This document shows, one piece after another, positions 13,997 through 27,424 of a stretch of DNA of 64,000 nucleotides. Location of the stretch: positions 31,930,001 to 31,994,000 of the forward strand of contig NW_027266343.1 in NCBI RefSeq assembly GCF_022045235.1, given 5' to 3'. Position 1 is the stretch's first letter. Each line of letters opens with the position of its first letter. The notes under the pieces were generated by a model. It worked only from the letters and a program-made list of their open reading frames with translations. It did not search any database and had not been told where the DNA came from. The stretch comes from Haliotis cracherodii. Its lineage: Eukaryota. A program made the position numbers and the translations under genes.

Positions 13997-14919
13997 TACT
14001 TCATAAACTATTCTACCTCGCTGCAAATAATAACATAAATGCCATGGAGTTTCAAAGCAAAGCAGAGCCCACCTTCCAGACATTGCAGTCATGTTCTGGC
14101 TTCTCGCTGACCATCCAAGGTTACCCAACTAAATATGATTGGGACGTGTGAGCCTCTCTAAATTGCATGTGCGTTGGACGGTTTGTTGAATTTCCTAATT
14201 AACATATTTTAACCCGAAATCACCATGTTTTTGTGGTAAAACTAAAATATTAACATACAGATTTATAGAAAACGTTTATAAAATGTTTGTTTTGAAGTGA
14301 TCTCTCAACAGAATTCTTTGTCTTGGGAAAAACGACTTATATGTTCATGCATCCCAATTCTTGTCAGAACGCCGTAACTCAGAAGTTAAGTGTTTTAGAA
14401 TTTTCTAATTGGATAAAATCATTGCTACGTTTTAAGTCCTCCTATTTTCCTCTTCTGATAGAAACAAAAGTATTCATATTGGTTACCTTGAATTTAGATG
14501 ACGCTATAATGTCAATCACGATGAAATAAAGTATAGTATTGATGTTGATGTTGATAGACATGATTTGTCCCTATTTTCATAGATATATGCCTTATGTAAT
14601 AAAATACACATTGTTTTACATTTTGTGCAATTAAGACAGTTTTGTAAAGATATTCATTATTATTCAATATTTTTGTATGACATTTCGTTTTGTTAGATCA
14701 TTAAACCAAGTTCATAATTAGGCCAAGGAAGTTGTTCGTTTACCAGTGTTCGAAAAGAAATATCTGGTCAAAACTTGTTCGTATCTGTTGTCAGTGATGT
14801 TTCCTATCACGTCTACCGTCTTTTGGTATAACGCTGCCTGAGAACGAGCCACAGTGGTGCAACAATTTTCAATTTTCAACATAAGGCCCAAACACACGTG
14901 CTCTTCTGAAATGTGACAA

Positions 14920-17900
14920 CTTGTTTTGGGGGTTCTTTTTCAATCAAATCAAATAAAATCTTATCAAATTAAACTTCTCTTTTCAGTGACGTGGTCGTAC
15001 TGGCCAGTTACGCACGTTTATCACGACACTGGGTGCACAGGTCAACAGAAGGCTCGTCCATATCTGTGGTGATTCTGGCTCGTGCGCCTGAACACTGTTT
15101 GAACTAACGTAGTCTACACTTTAACAGACTAATATCATTCCTATATCTTCTCAAATAGAAAATCAGTTTAACAAAGCACGATGGCATTTTTAATCTATAA
15201 TCAGTTTCAGAAATGTCAGCTGTACCTAATGCTTTGATCAACATAAAACATTGCATATTTCATGATTGAAAATCGAAATGTTCTTTAAACGAAATCATTC
15301 TTGCAACACTTCCCTATGTAGTTTGGCTAATCCACGACTACAGAGAGATATGGAACGATGATAACACATCCTTCATTATAAGTTTTTTCAACGTAAAACA
15401 TCGCATATTTCATGTTTGAAAATCGAGATTTTTTAACGAAAACATTCTTGCAACACTTGAAAAATGTTCCGGAATCGTGCATCTTCCTCTCCGAAATGAT
15501 GTAAAGGCGTTGCGTGGTGGGAGCTTGGACAACTTTCATGCCAAGCCTCTGTTTGATAGGGAGTATTCTGTGTGCAGTGCGTGCTATGCACGCACATCAG
15601 GTTAGGACATCGTGTTTGATGATAGCAATGGATCTTGTTTTATATCTCTTGGATACGCAAATCAGTGTCTTTTGAAGGCCTCTTGCAAGCCCATAAACGT
15701 TATCAAACTGAATGCGGTGTGAATTTTCAAGGGCGGGTAATCAGTTTCTCGGCTGATTAGCCACAGAAGCTATTCAGAAATGCTTCAGTCGGAGCTACAG
15801 GGACGTCGCGTTTGGAAGTATGGGAGTGGCGGGTTTCCCTGAGCCAGATACTTCCAATTTTCCAATATTTTCAGACAACATTGACATTTAGATTCTTCAG
15901 GAGAATCATAAAAAATGAAATGAATAAAAGAAACGATGTCTTCGAAGACTCAGCAATCTGAACTTCACTCGTGAAGACGTACAAATGTGTAAAGGTCATA
16001 GCGCCGTGTAAAACTAGGTGTGGGCATCGGCTTCACCCATAATGCATGGGGTGCGACGTATCCGTCATTTACCATCTGAAATATGAATTATTATTTCTTA
16101 TTCAGAAGACATTTGGTCTCTTGTGATCATGGAACGTGGTACGGTTCAGAGGACTCCAGCTTTGAAAGATATTGAAATCTCTTGGCGATCAATGGCCCAG
16201 TTTGGCAGCCCTCCTTTGCGTTCTACATTGATCACGTTGAATGTAAATCATTATTACAACATTTCATATCAATTCGTTGTAGGAAATAGCTCTACTTCGT
16301 TGATAATAACCATCGAGTGCCTTGAATCAATTCTTATCAGAAAGTTTCTTGATGCCCACGTACTGTGCTCCCCTTTCAAAACGCATCAATCACTGAATGT
16401 GTTTCGGACGCCAACAATTAATTGCCACAGAAACGTTTCTTCAGTAGACTTTAATTCAATTGTAGAACTACCTCCTTCACCTATGCTTAGTCTGTCAAGG
16501 GCCATCAAATCAAAGACTTCACCGAAACGGTATATCTCCAATCAATCAGTGTCTTCTTTCATTGCCTTCCCTTTGCATGCATCGGCCTGAAGACCGAAAA
16601 GCTGTCTGTATTCTTTAGGATAAAGAAAATAATTTCACAAGAAATCACACGTCAAGCAATATGCCAGGAATTGCCTTACACTTATGCAGTGTATAATCTA
16701 ATATTGGTTGCTTGGTTTGTTGTTTAACGCCGCACTCAGCAATATTCAGTCTCTGACGGTGTTCTGTAAATAATTGAGTCTGGTCCAGACAATCCAGTGA
16801 CTGACATCATGAGCATTGATCCACGCAATTGGGACACGATGACATACATTAACCACGTCAGCGAGTCTGACCACCCGATCCCGTTAGTTGCCTCTTACGA
16901 CAAGCATAGTCGCCTTTTACGGCAAGCAATCCGATAACGTTGATATGAAGAATCAATATAATTCAGTGGGCGGCATGTATAGTCCAACACATGCGTCTCT
17001 TTGTTCCCAGGGTTAAATGGTCTTGGGTTGGGGTCCAGATTCCACCCAGTTATGACTCTTGGTTTTGTCAGCACCATATCCATGCTTGCTAGTTTAAAAG
17101 TGGTAAATGTTTATTGAGAATATGAAGAATGTTCACACAATTCCTCACTGACATCAATTTCTTTCAGTGGGCAACACGCACAAACCAAATATGCGTCCCT
17201 TTGCTGCGAGAGTCAAATAGTGGTGGGTAAGGGTCCATATTCGACTTAGTTCTCCCTTGGTTTTCTCAACACCATATCCGTGAGTCTTAGTTTCATTAAA
17301 GTGGTAAGAGCTGCTTCACCTCGGGCGTTCCTTCTATATTAAGCTGACCCGCCTTAATATAAGTCTGAAATGCGCTACAACTTGGGTCAACTCACTCGAT
17401 TCAATATAATCCAACTCCCGAGATGTTTGAATAAATACTTAATTGGGTATAAAATGTTATATATTCCAATAATATAGACAAGGAGTCCAAGTGGACAATT
17501 TGAAGAAGATGTTAGACGGCTATTCTCTGAAACTGTAGAGACTTGTTTCATTTAGGGTCATAACAGTACCGTAACGGCTGGGCGCAAGGATAAATAATAT
17601 GGTTCAGGGACTGTGCAACAGACTATCGAAGATTTATGAAGGGGGCGATTGATTTGTTTTCTAAGGCACTTTCACCCCTTAACTTTCTTAGTCACCTATC
17701 TTTCAAAAGGCAATGTTCAAGGTCGAGTATATCTCGTGCATTCATTCTCCTGGATCCTCATCATTTTGCACGTAATTGAGACGTCATTACCTTGTGTGTA
17801 CATATTTACGCAGGGAGCGAAGTCATAACCGTGTATTGCGTAAAAGATATCAAATTATTAATGATATAACAACCGGGAAATAAACTGCTTCGCAAAAGAA

Positions 17901-20330
17901 AGTATGCATCCATGTTTGGTGATGTCCAAAATGAAACAAAAAAGAAATGAATATTCGATGGCAATGTACAGGTGTCATAGGCGACATTGCACTTTAAGTT
18001 TTCAGTGTTTCGGCGGTTGTTTTCAGGTTGGTTACATTTTGATAATGTTTGTAACATTATAGTTTAAGTGAATATTTTCTTTTGCCCCACAGTTAAGAGT
18101 CAGTGTTATTCAAGAATATGCTGGAATGTCATGGAAATAACGTGTACGCAAAAATATGTTATATAGAAAATGTTAAATTATTTGGGCTGATTTGGAGCTC
18201 CATACATCTGCCCCTTCACCATGGATAACTGAATAACGAATGGCGGGAGTTGTGTCAGAATGTTTTATTCTTACAAAGATGTTAAAGCACCTACGCAACC
18301 ATTTATTGGAACCATTAATTGGTGTAAACTAACGAAATCCAACTTTAACAAAACCGTACCTGGTAAAATCCACACTACGCCATTGCTAGTCTTTTGTTGA
18401 GATTTACCATCCTTGCTCACCACTTTGACGTCACACAAAACACACCATTACACTCTCCATCAAGTGATTACACCTCGAAATAATTGAAGGAAAATTTAAT
18501 TCGATGCAGAGCACGTTTAATCTTTGAAATATTGACGATTAGCTATATTTGACGCATAGGCCAGATCGATCGAAGCAAGCCTCCGTTGCGCACTTGATTG
18601 GTCCAGGAGAAGAGATGAAGATCTCATTACTCGGTCCACCGTTTGAAACTCAGCTACAGCAACACACAGCTCATGCTAACTCAGTTACATGTAGAGGAAG
18701 GAGCTATGTGACTGACAACATAATCAGTTTAGAGAGAATACCTCAAACCATGGCCAATACTTTGACAAAGTCGATTTTCAAAATCGATCCAATATTCACG
18801 TTGTTTTAGCGCTAGAAATCTCTTCAGTGCTTGGAATTCGATCTGTGGAACAGAGATGTTAAGTTCCAGTGAGATGAACCAACTGGCATTTGTGACGAAT
18901 AATGGAGTCTGGGAGATTCTGAATAAAAGGTCAAGATATGACGTGAATGATATTAATATGAATGTAGAAGATTGTTTTGATTTTTCTTCAATTTAAAGGT
19001 CAAACTGACCTCTCAGCTGACTCTTGTGTCATACGTAAAGGTTAGGGAAAGGATTGTGTGCACAATAGATATATTACATGTATGTTACAACATCCCCTCT
19101 AAAGTACTAAGAAATTGTATTCATCAAGAAAATAGTTCAACCTGCAGGGTTCGAAAGATTTCTTTTATGATGATATTTTAAAATTGATGAAGATGCATAT
19201 TTGGTTATTTCATTAAAATGATATTTGATTCAGTAAGAACAGCAAGAATAGCCTCGGGGGTACCAACAGTTCTTCCTGATCCCAGACATCTGTCTCCATG
19301 GACCTGTGTCAAGGACTACTGTCCCTATTATCATGTCAGGATTTCCTATCACATGTCTCAAGGCAAACAGTCTACAAAACGGACACCAATCTTTGAGACA
19401 GCATTTCTCAAAACGCATTCTCCGCAAGCTACAAATAAGAACATTGATAAAATCTGCGTAGTTCAATATCCCCCTGTGGAAAGTACTCCCGTATGTCGCC
19501 TGCCACACTCTGTTATCTTGGGACCGACATAGGTTTCTTCAAGAGGCCTTGGCACGAAAGTCAGAGCCTTGACAGACACGTGGGACCTTATCAAGATGAA
19601 ATACAACGTTCTAAAGAATGCGAAGACACGAGTAATCCCTCCACGGTTGTTGGAGAAATGTTTGTAGAGGTACCTTGCAACGCATCATTAGAACCGTCCA
19701 CATCATGTTACTATCCTCTCACGGGTCCCGCGGCGGAATTCAGAAAAGGGCAAAGACGAACCAATGCTTAAAACCTCAATAATCTCGGAATTTCACACTG
19801 AAACGTCGATATTGGTCAATTGGAATTTTCATGACTTTCGCATATGTAAGGAATAGGGTAGCGGATAATGCCACAGCCGCGGGCGATTTCATTTGATAAG
19901 CTTCGTATTTCCAATATTATATCATTTCAGCACCACACCTGCAAATACATGTAATTCCATCGTGAATGGACTACCGTCAATATGACAACCTCAGTGATCT
20001 CTAGTTCATAATGACTCGGCGCTCCTTTAAATAGGAACCAGGCTAAGAGAATTGATCAGTTACTAGCTGCGTCTACTGTAGATCTGGTTTCGCTGCACCT
20101 TCCATCACTGTTGCATGTCAGTCTGTTCTTTATTCAGGATTCAGAAAAAATAGTATACATTTTCAGATATAGACTCACATAAATACATAGCACATACGTT
20201 GATAACACAAATATCACCAACACCAGTTGAGTCGAAAAAGTAAATGGAGTTGTGTGTCATGAAAAAAGATGATCTAACATTTAAAGAAAGTACTTGAATA
20301 TGAATTGTCATTAATTATCATTAATTATCA
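14920..20330 (+). pseudogene. L-derived EVE copy 3 (best-preserved capping and MTase regions)
   Basis: The 155-aa ORF 16123-16590 corresponds to L region IV (TPALKDI..LRSTLITLNV..YQF). YGSGT 17598-17612. MTase IIWADLE (D 18189), FILTKM (K 18276, +29 codons), FVEIY (E 18399, +41), compared with VSV L D1762/K1795/E1833. GDN site lost by a local rearrangement. Confidence 0.85.
16703..16927 (-). mobile_element. SINE type B (5' truncated)
   Basis: Reverse complement of 31176-31449 (TCTGGTCCAGACAATCCAGTGA, CTCTTACGACAAGCATAGTCGCC). Confidence 0.85.
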
Positions 20331-20636
20331 CGGGTAGAGACATGAATGGGACGTCATACATGTCACGGGAAGGATCAGTCACGCACGTTCATCACGACAC
20401 CGGGTGCACAGGTCAACAGGAGGCTCGTCCATATCTGTGATGATTCTGGCTCGTGCACTTGAACACTGTTTGAACTAACTTACTTCAACAAGTCCACGTC
20501 AGTCTCTCATTACATCCCCTGTATCTTCTGAAGTGGAAAATCAGTGAGAACAATTACACTTTTAATCTATAATTAGTTTCAGAAATGTCAGATGCACCTA
20601 ATGCTTTGGTCAACATGAAACATCGCATATTTCATG

Positions 20637-21796
20637 TGTGACAGGATCAGATAGTTGCATATATTTTGAGAGTTTCATTAGTTTAGATCTTTCCTGAATT
20701 AAATGTTCAGTCAAGTATGTTTTAAACATTATATATCTTACACTTTACCTTTCCTCATTCTCTGTTTCAGCTTACTGCATGAGTACTTTGCCACAGCCTC
20801 AATCACATAGTGCACTATCACACAATAGCCTGCCCAAGCGCGCCCTTTTCTGCCCCTTTGTGTTTAACTTTGTAGCTTACTGTCTCCAGTTTAATGGGTT
20901 TATTTTTTACTACAGTTTATATCAATTTTGATGTTACCGTTGAACACACATATAGCCTTGGACGTTGTGGTATTCATAGTTTGGACTAATTGTTGTGTTT
21001 CATTCATGGAATTTGGGATTCATTTCTGAAGGTTAGTCTTTTGTTGTTATTTATTGTTTGTACGTATTCCTCGGATTTGTAGGCATTACAAGTGTTATTA
21101 TTTACGTAAGATAAATAATTCAGAAAGTGCTAAGTTCAGGCCTAAAATACTGTTATTTAACTAAATCTTCAATTACTGTGAAGCTGATGTATGATCGTAT
21201 GAAGTATGAAAGTAAGAATGTGAAACATTTGTGTTGCTACATGTAGGTTAATATTTGCATATTTATGAGTTTTTTGACAAGTTTTAAGTTCCTCTGCCAT
21301 AACAGAACACTTTGCACAGTATATTTATATATATATATCATTTATTTGTCGTGCAGATGTAGCTGTATTACTCGAGCAGAGGTCTGTGTCTGGACTGATG
21401 AACCCAGGTTCACACACTTGGTGGGTTTACTAGGTTTTATATATATATATTTCTCATATATTGTACATTGGATGTATATATGACAGTAAATGTATCATGT
21501 CACGTTTATATTACTCTATTTAAATGATACGCATATGCAAGTATATATACGGGTTAAGTATGTTTGTGATATAGGATTAATTAAGTCTTGGTGAAATGTA
21601 AGTTTATTGGTGGTTATAACATTTTGTATATATCATCAAATTTAATGAAATGTATGATGTCAGCATATATATTTATATTTTGTGCAATGAATGTTTTACA
21701 ATATTTTCAGGGTTTAAAAATTCATCAGTTATAAACTGTAACTGTGAACAACACCTGCGTCTGTCCTACATGTCATGAAGCAGTCCCGGTTTCGCA
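20637..21796. mobile_element. Solo-LTR-like insertion in EVE copy 4
   Basis: 1.16 kb non-coding insert starting TGTGACAG and ending TTTCGCA; splits TTCATG^ATTGAAAATCGAG, which is intact in other copies. TSD ambiguous (TG or CATG). Confidence 0.55.
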
Positions 21797-24311
21797 TGAT
21801 TGAAAATCGAGAGGTTCTTTAACGAAATCATTCTTGCAACACTTGTTAATTGTTCCGGAATCGTGCATCTTCCTCTCCCAGATGATGTAAAGGCGTTGTG
21901 TAGTGGGAGTTTGGACAGCTTTCATGACAAGCCTCTGTTTAATAGGGAGTATTCTGTGTGCAGCGCGTGATGTGCACGCACATCAAGTTAGGACATCGTG
22001 TTTGATGATAGCAATGGATCTTGTTTTATATCTCTTGCAAATCAGTGTCTTTTGAAGGCTGCTTGCAAGCCCATAAACATTATCAAAATTAATAGGGTGT
22101 ACATTTTCAAGGGCGGGTAATCAGTTTCTCGGCTGATTAGCCACAGAAGCTATCCAGAAGTGCTTCAGTCGGAACTACAGGGACGTCGCGCTTGGAATTA
22201 TGGGAGGCGCGGGTCTCCCTGACCCAGATACTTCCACTTTGCCTATACTTTTAGACAACACTGACATTTAGAAACTTCTGGAGAATCATAAAGAATGAAA
22301 TGAATAAAAGAAACGATGTCTTCGAAGACTGAGTTTTTTGAATTTCACTCATGAAGACATACAAATATGTTGAGGTCATAGCGCCGTGTAAAACTAGATG
22401 TGACAATCGGCTTCACCCATAATGCATGGGGTGCGACGTATCCGCCATTTACTGTCTGAAATATGGAAAAATTCTTCAGAAGAAAGACATTTGGTCTCTT
22501 GTGATCCCAGAACCTGGTACGGTTCAGATGACTCCAGCTTTGAAAGATACTGAAATATGCTGACGATCAATGGCCCAGTTTGCGGCCCTCCTTTGCGTTC
22601 TATGTTGATCACGTTGAATGTTATTATAACATTTCATATCAATTCGTTGTAGGAAATAACCCTACCTCGTTGATCCTAACCATCGAGCGCCTTGAATCAA
22701 TTCTCATCATGAAATATGTTGATGCCCCCTTGCTGGGCTCCCCTTTCTAGACGCATCAAGTACTGAAGGTGTTTTCAGACGCCAACAGTTAATTGCATGA
22801 AAGAAGAAATATTGCCACAGAAACGTTTCTTCAGTAGACTTTAATTCAATTGTAGAACTATCACTTCCACCCATGCTTAGTCTGTCAAGGGCCATACGTT
22901 CCTAGAAATCAAAGACTACGCCGAAATGGTATATCTCGAATTAATCATTGTCTCCTTTAATAAATTTTCCTTTGCATGTATCGGCACTAAATTGGATTCT
23001 ATAATGTTTTTAAATTAACGTCTCCCTAAAGACCGAAAAGCTGTCTATATTCTTAAGGAGAAAGAAAATAATTTCACACACGTCAAGCAATACGCCAGGA
23101 ATTGCCATATAGTTATGCAGTGAAAATCTAATAAAGTCAATATGAAGAATCAATAGACCTGGGTGGGCGGCATGTATAATCCCACACATACGTCCCTTTG
23201 TTGCCAGGGTCAAATGGTAATAATTTAACAAGAAAACACATGCCAAGAAAGAGATGGGAATTGCCTTATAATTAAGCAGCAAGAAATTTATTAACGACAA
23301 TATGAGGAATGTTCAAACACGTCCTCATTGACATCAATGTAACGAGTAATGAGTCATGCGTCCCTTTGTTGCCAGGGTCAAATGGCCTTTGGTTCGAGTC
23401 CATATAATATATAATATGTTACATAGAAAATGTTAAATCATTTGGGCTTATTCGGAGCTCCAAACATCTGCCCCTTCACCATGGATAATTGAAAAACGAA
23501 TGGCGGGGAGAATGTTATATTCTAATAAAGATGTTAAAGCACCAAAGCAACCATTTATTGAAACCATTAATTGGTGTAAACTAACGAAATCCAGCTTCAA
23601 CAAAACAGTACCTGGTAAAATCCACACTATGACATTGTTAGTCTTTTGTTGTGAGTTACCATCCTTGCTTACCACGTTGACGTCAGACAAAGAACACCAT
23701 TTCACTCTCCATCAAGTGATTATACCCCGATATAATTGAAGGAAAATGTAATTCAACGCAGAGCACTTTTAATCTTTGAAATATTGACGATTTGACGCAT
23801 GGGCCAGATTATTCGAAGCAAATGTGCTCCACAACACGGGCGCACTTGATTGGTCCAGGAGAAGAGATGAAGATGTCATTACTCGGCCCACCATTTGAAA
23901 CAGCCACAGCAACAGACAGCTCATGCTAACTCAGTTACATGTAGAGGAAGGAGCTATGTGACTGACAACATAATAATTTCGGAGAGAATGCCTCAAACCA
24001 TGGCTAATACTTTAACAATCTCGATTTTTAAAATCGATCCAATATTCACGTTGTTTAAGAGCTTGGAAACTCTTCACTGCTTTGAATGCGATCGGTGGAA
24101 CAGAGATGTTAAAAATCCAATGAGGGGAACTAACTGGCATTTATGAGGGGTAACAGAGTTTGGGAGATTCTGAATAAAAGGTCAAGATATGACGTGAATG
24201 ATATTAACACAAAATATGAATGTAGAAGATTGTTGTGATTTGTCTTCCATTCTTGATGTTTTAAAGATCAAACTGACCTCTCAGCTGACACGTGTGTCAT
24301 GGGGAAAGGTT

Positions 24312-24785
24312 CGAGTAAATCTTCTTTGTTATATACTTCAGTGTGAAAGACTGAGTTTTCCGAAGTTGAGAAAAGTGATATTTTCATTGCAGTGAACAGA
24401 ACACTTGATATTTCACTGCAGTGAACAGAACACTTGATATTTCCCCGCTGTGAACATAACACGTTGACGGAACTATTGTCATACAACAGTTACTTCTCCT
24501 CAAATTGTCTCCCTTTATCATAAGTGTCTGGCCAGTTTATTTATGGAGTTAATATAACTTCTTGCCGTTTGTTATTCTCTTGAAAATGTTTCGTTATGGA
24601 CTGTAAATTTCTCATTTAACTCGTCTATCGAGACTGTTTGTTTTGCAAGCGCATTTTTTGTCACATTACCAGCTTGTAATCTTTTACTTCCAACAGCGAT
24701 CTCGTAGTTTTGAAGAATAACGGGTGTAAGGAGATATTTTCACGAGTGGCGTAGCCACATGAAATATCCCCCATGTCTGCCATGA
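24312..24785. mobile_element. Internally deleted version of the same insertion, same site, in EVE copy 4
   Basis: Matches both ends of 10690-11535. Confidence 0.65.
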
Positions 24786-26094
24786 ATATATTACTTGAGC
24801 ATGTTACAATGTCCCCTTAAAAGTACTCAAAGAAATTGTATTCTTCAAGAAAAAAATTCAACATTTAGGATTTGAACGATTTTGTTATAATGGTATTTCA
24901 AAGTTTATGACAGACTGAGTCCTTATTTCTGAAGATGCTTAGTTGGCTATTTCATTAGAATGATATAATTTGATTCAGTAAGAAAGCAAGAATAGCCTCG
25001 GGGGTACCAACAGTTCTTCCTGATCCGAGACATCTGTCTCAATGGACCTGTGTCAAGGACTACTGTCCCTATTATCATGCCCGGATTTCCTTTCACATGT
25101 CTCAAGGCCAACAGTCTACAAATCAGACACCAATCTTTAAGATAGCATTTATCAAAACGCATTCCCCGCAAGCTACAAATAAGAACATTGATAAAATCTG
25201 CGAATTTCATTATCCCTCACTGGAGAGCATTCCTGTATGTCGCCTGCCACACTCTGTTATCTTGGGACCGACATAGGTTTCTTCATGAGGCCTTGGCACG
25301 AAAGTCAGAGCCTTGACAGACACACGGGGTCTTATCAAGATGAAGTACAATGGTCTAAAGAATGCGAAGACACGAGTAATCCCTCCACGCTTGTTGGAGA
25401 AATGTTTGTAGAGGTACCTTGCAACGCATCATTAGAACCGTCCACACCATGTTACTATCCTCTCACGGGTCCCGCGGCGGAATTCAGAAAAGGGCAAAGA
25501 GAAACCGATGCTTAAAACCTCCATAATCTGGGAATTTCACACTGAAACGTCGATATTGGTCAATTGGAATTTTCATGACTTTCACATATGTAAGGAATAG
25601 GGTAGCGGATAATGCCACAGCCGCAGGCGATTTCATTTGATAAGCTTCGTATTTCGAATATTATATCATTTCAGCACCACACCTGCAAAACATGTAATTT
25701 GATCTTGAATGGACTGCCGTCAATAAGACACCCTCAGTTATCTCTAGTTCATAATGACAAGTGCTCGGCGCTCCTTCAAATAGGAACCAGGCTAAGAGAA
25801 TTGATCAGTTACTAGCTGCGTCTACTGTAGCTTGGTTTTCGCTGCACCTTCCATCACTGTTGCATGTCAGTCTGTTCTGTGTTCAGGATTCAGAAAAAAT
25901 AGTATACATTTTCAGATATAGACTCACATAAATACATAGCACATACGTTAATAACACAAATATCACCATCACCAGTTGAGTCGAAAAAGTAAATGGAGTT
26001 CTGTGTCATGAAAAAAGATGGTCTTACATTTAAAGAAAGTACTTAAAAATGAATTATCATTAACAATCATTTATTATCAATAATTATCAAGGGT

Positions 26095-26530
26095 AGTGTC
26101 ATGGACCTCACGAGTACGTCATGGACGTCACGGGAAGGATCATTACGTCACGGCCAATGTCAGGAGTCAAGAACGTAAAGTTTATGATCTCACATGTATT
26201 CATCACAAGAAGTCACAGATGAGTGCCAGAGTAACATGAACATCACGTGTAGGGTCATGAACATCACGTGTAGGGTCATGAACATTACGGGTAGGATTAT
26301 GAACGTCACGGGTAGGGTCATGAACATCACGGGTAGGGTCATGAATATTAAGGGTAGGATTATGAACGTCACGGGTAGGGTCATGAATATTACGGGTAAG
26401 GTCATGAACATTACGGGTAGGATCATGAACGTCGCGGGTAGGACCATGTACATGCATGTGATGGTTTTATATATCACAGGAAGGTCATCCACGTCATGGC
26501 GATATTACGGGAAGGACAATTAACGTCACA
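26095..26530. repeat. 21-bp minisatellite GGTAGGGTCATGAACATCACG
   Basis: About 10 well-conserved units at 26235-26450 with degenerate flanks; explains the overlapping ORFs on both strands. Confidence 0.95.
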
Positions 26531-27179
26531 TAGAGGTTATACAGTGTTTCACGGCAACAGTCACAACACAAAAATAGCCATACAAAGTTCCAAGGTTATC
26601 AAATAAGTTACATATTCTGGCAAGGGCATACTACATTCAAGTTGTGATGATCAGTCTAAGTTGTGGTAAGGTTTAACAGATTTCTGCTCCATGAGGTGAC
26701 GGAAAGCATGAAACCTGCTTACTCATGTCTACGCCACTCGCAACCTTATAATTCGAGTGCTTATTCAGCACAATATTCAGCACAACTCTATTCAATTCGG
26801 ACTTCCTCTCCTCTGATCTGCCTGGCCCTATTTTCCAGATAACTGCTTCCTGCACAGTTCCCCATTACAGCGAGATCTCAGACGGTTCCGGAGTGTTTTC
26901 GATTCTAAGTAAACAAGTAGACTTCAGCCTCGCCACATTGGTCGGCTGATCCGTAACAACAGCTCACAACAATGTTATCCCAATGTTTCTGCACGGACCT
27001 TACGATAAAACATCGATAGCTCTTCAAGCGTTAAATATCGGTTTGTTTATATACTTCATAAACTGTTCTACCTCGCTGCAAATAGTAACAGTAAAATAAA
27101 TTAAGAGATATAGATAGACATTTTTATCCCTATTTTCATAGATTTATGCCTTATATAAAAAATATACATTGTTATTTGG

Positions 27180-27424
27180 TGTCGTCGAGTTGCGTCCTCA
27201 GGGCACGCCAGAAACCTATGATTGCGGGTTCGAATCTCGGTTCGACCCGATTATGTTTCTAGGTTTGTCAGCACCATACCCATGCTCGTGGGTTTCGCCG
27301 AAGTGGTAAACGGTTTGAGACCTGCATCACTTCGGGCTTTCCTCCCACATTAAGCTGACACGCCGTGATATAACTGGAATAATGTTAAAAGCGGCCTTAA
27401 ACCCAACTCACTCACTCACTCACT
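27180..27424 (+). mobile_element. tRNA-derived SINE (type A)
   Basis: Box B GGTTCGAATCTC, core TCAGCACCATACCCATGCTCGTGGG, tail (CACT)n. Degenerate relatives at ~36950-37150, 43460-43692, 53880-54112, 59825-60055. Confidence 0.85.

Larger units (their letters stand above)
20377..26095 (+). pseudogene. L-derived EVE copy 4
   Basis: Collinear with copy 3. VALGIMGGAGLPDP at ~22185-22226. GDN and the GxxT/HR region are deleted (join near 23400); LTR-like and DNA-element insertions present. Confidence 0.8.

Noticed and set aside
20255-20270. CATGAAAAAA resembling a rhabdovirus gene-end signal
   Set aside because: Present only in copies 3 and 4, short, and expected by chance in AT-rich DNA.
26190-26523. 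Overlapping 84-109 aa ORFs (also 12835-13249)
   Set aside because: Artefacts of a stop-free 21-bp minisatellite.
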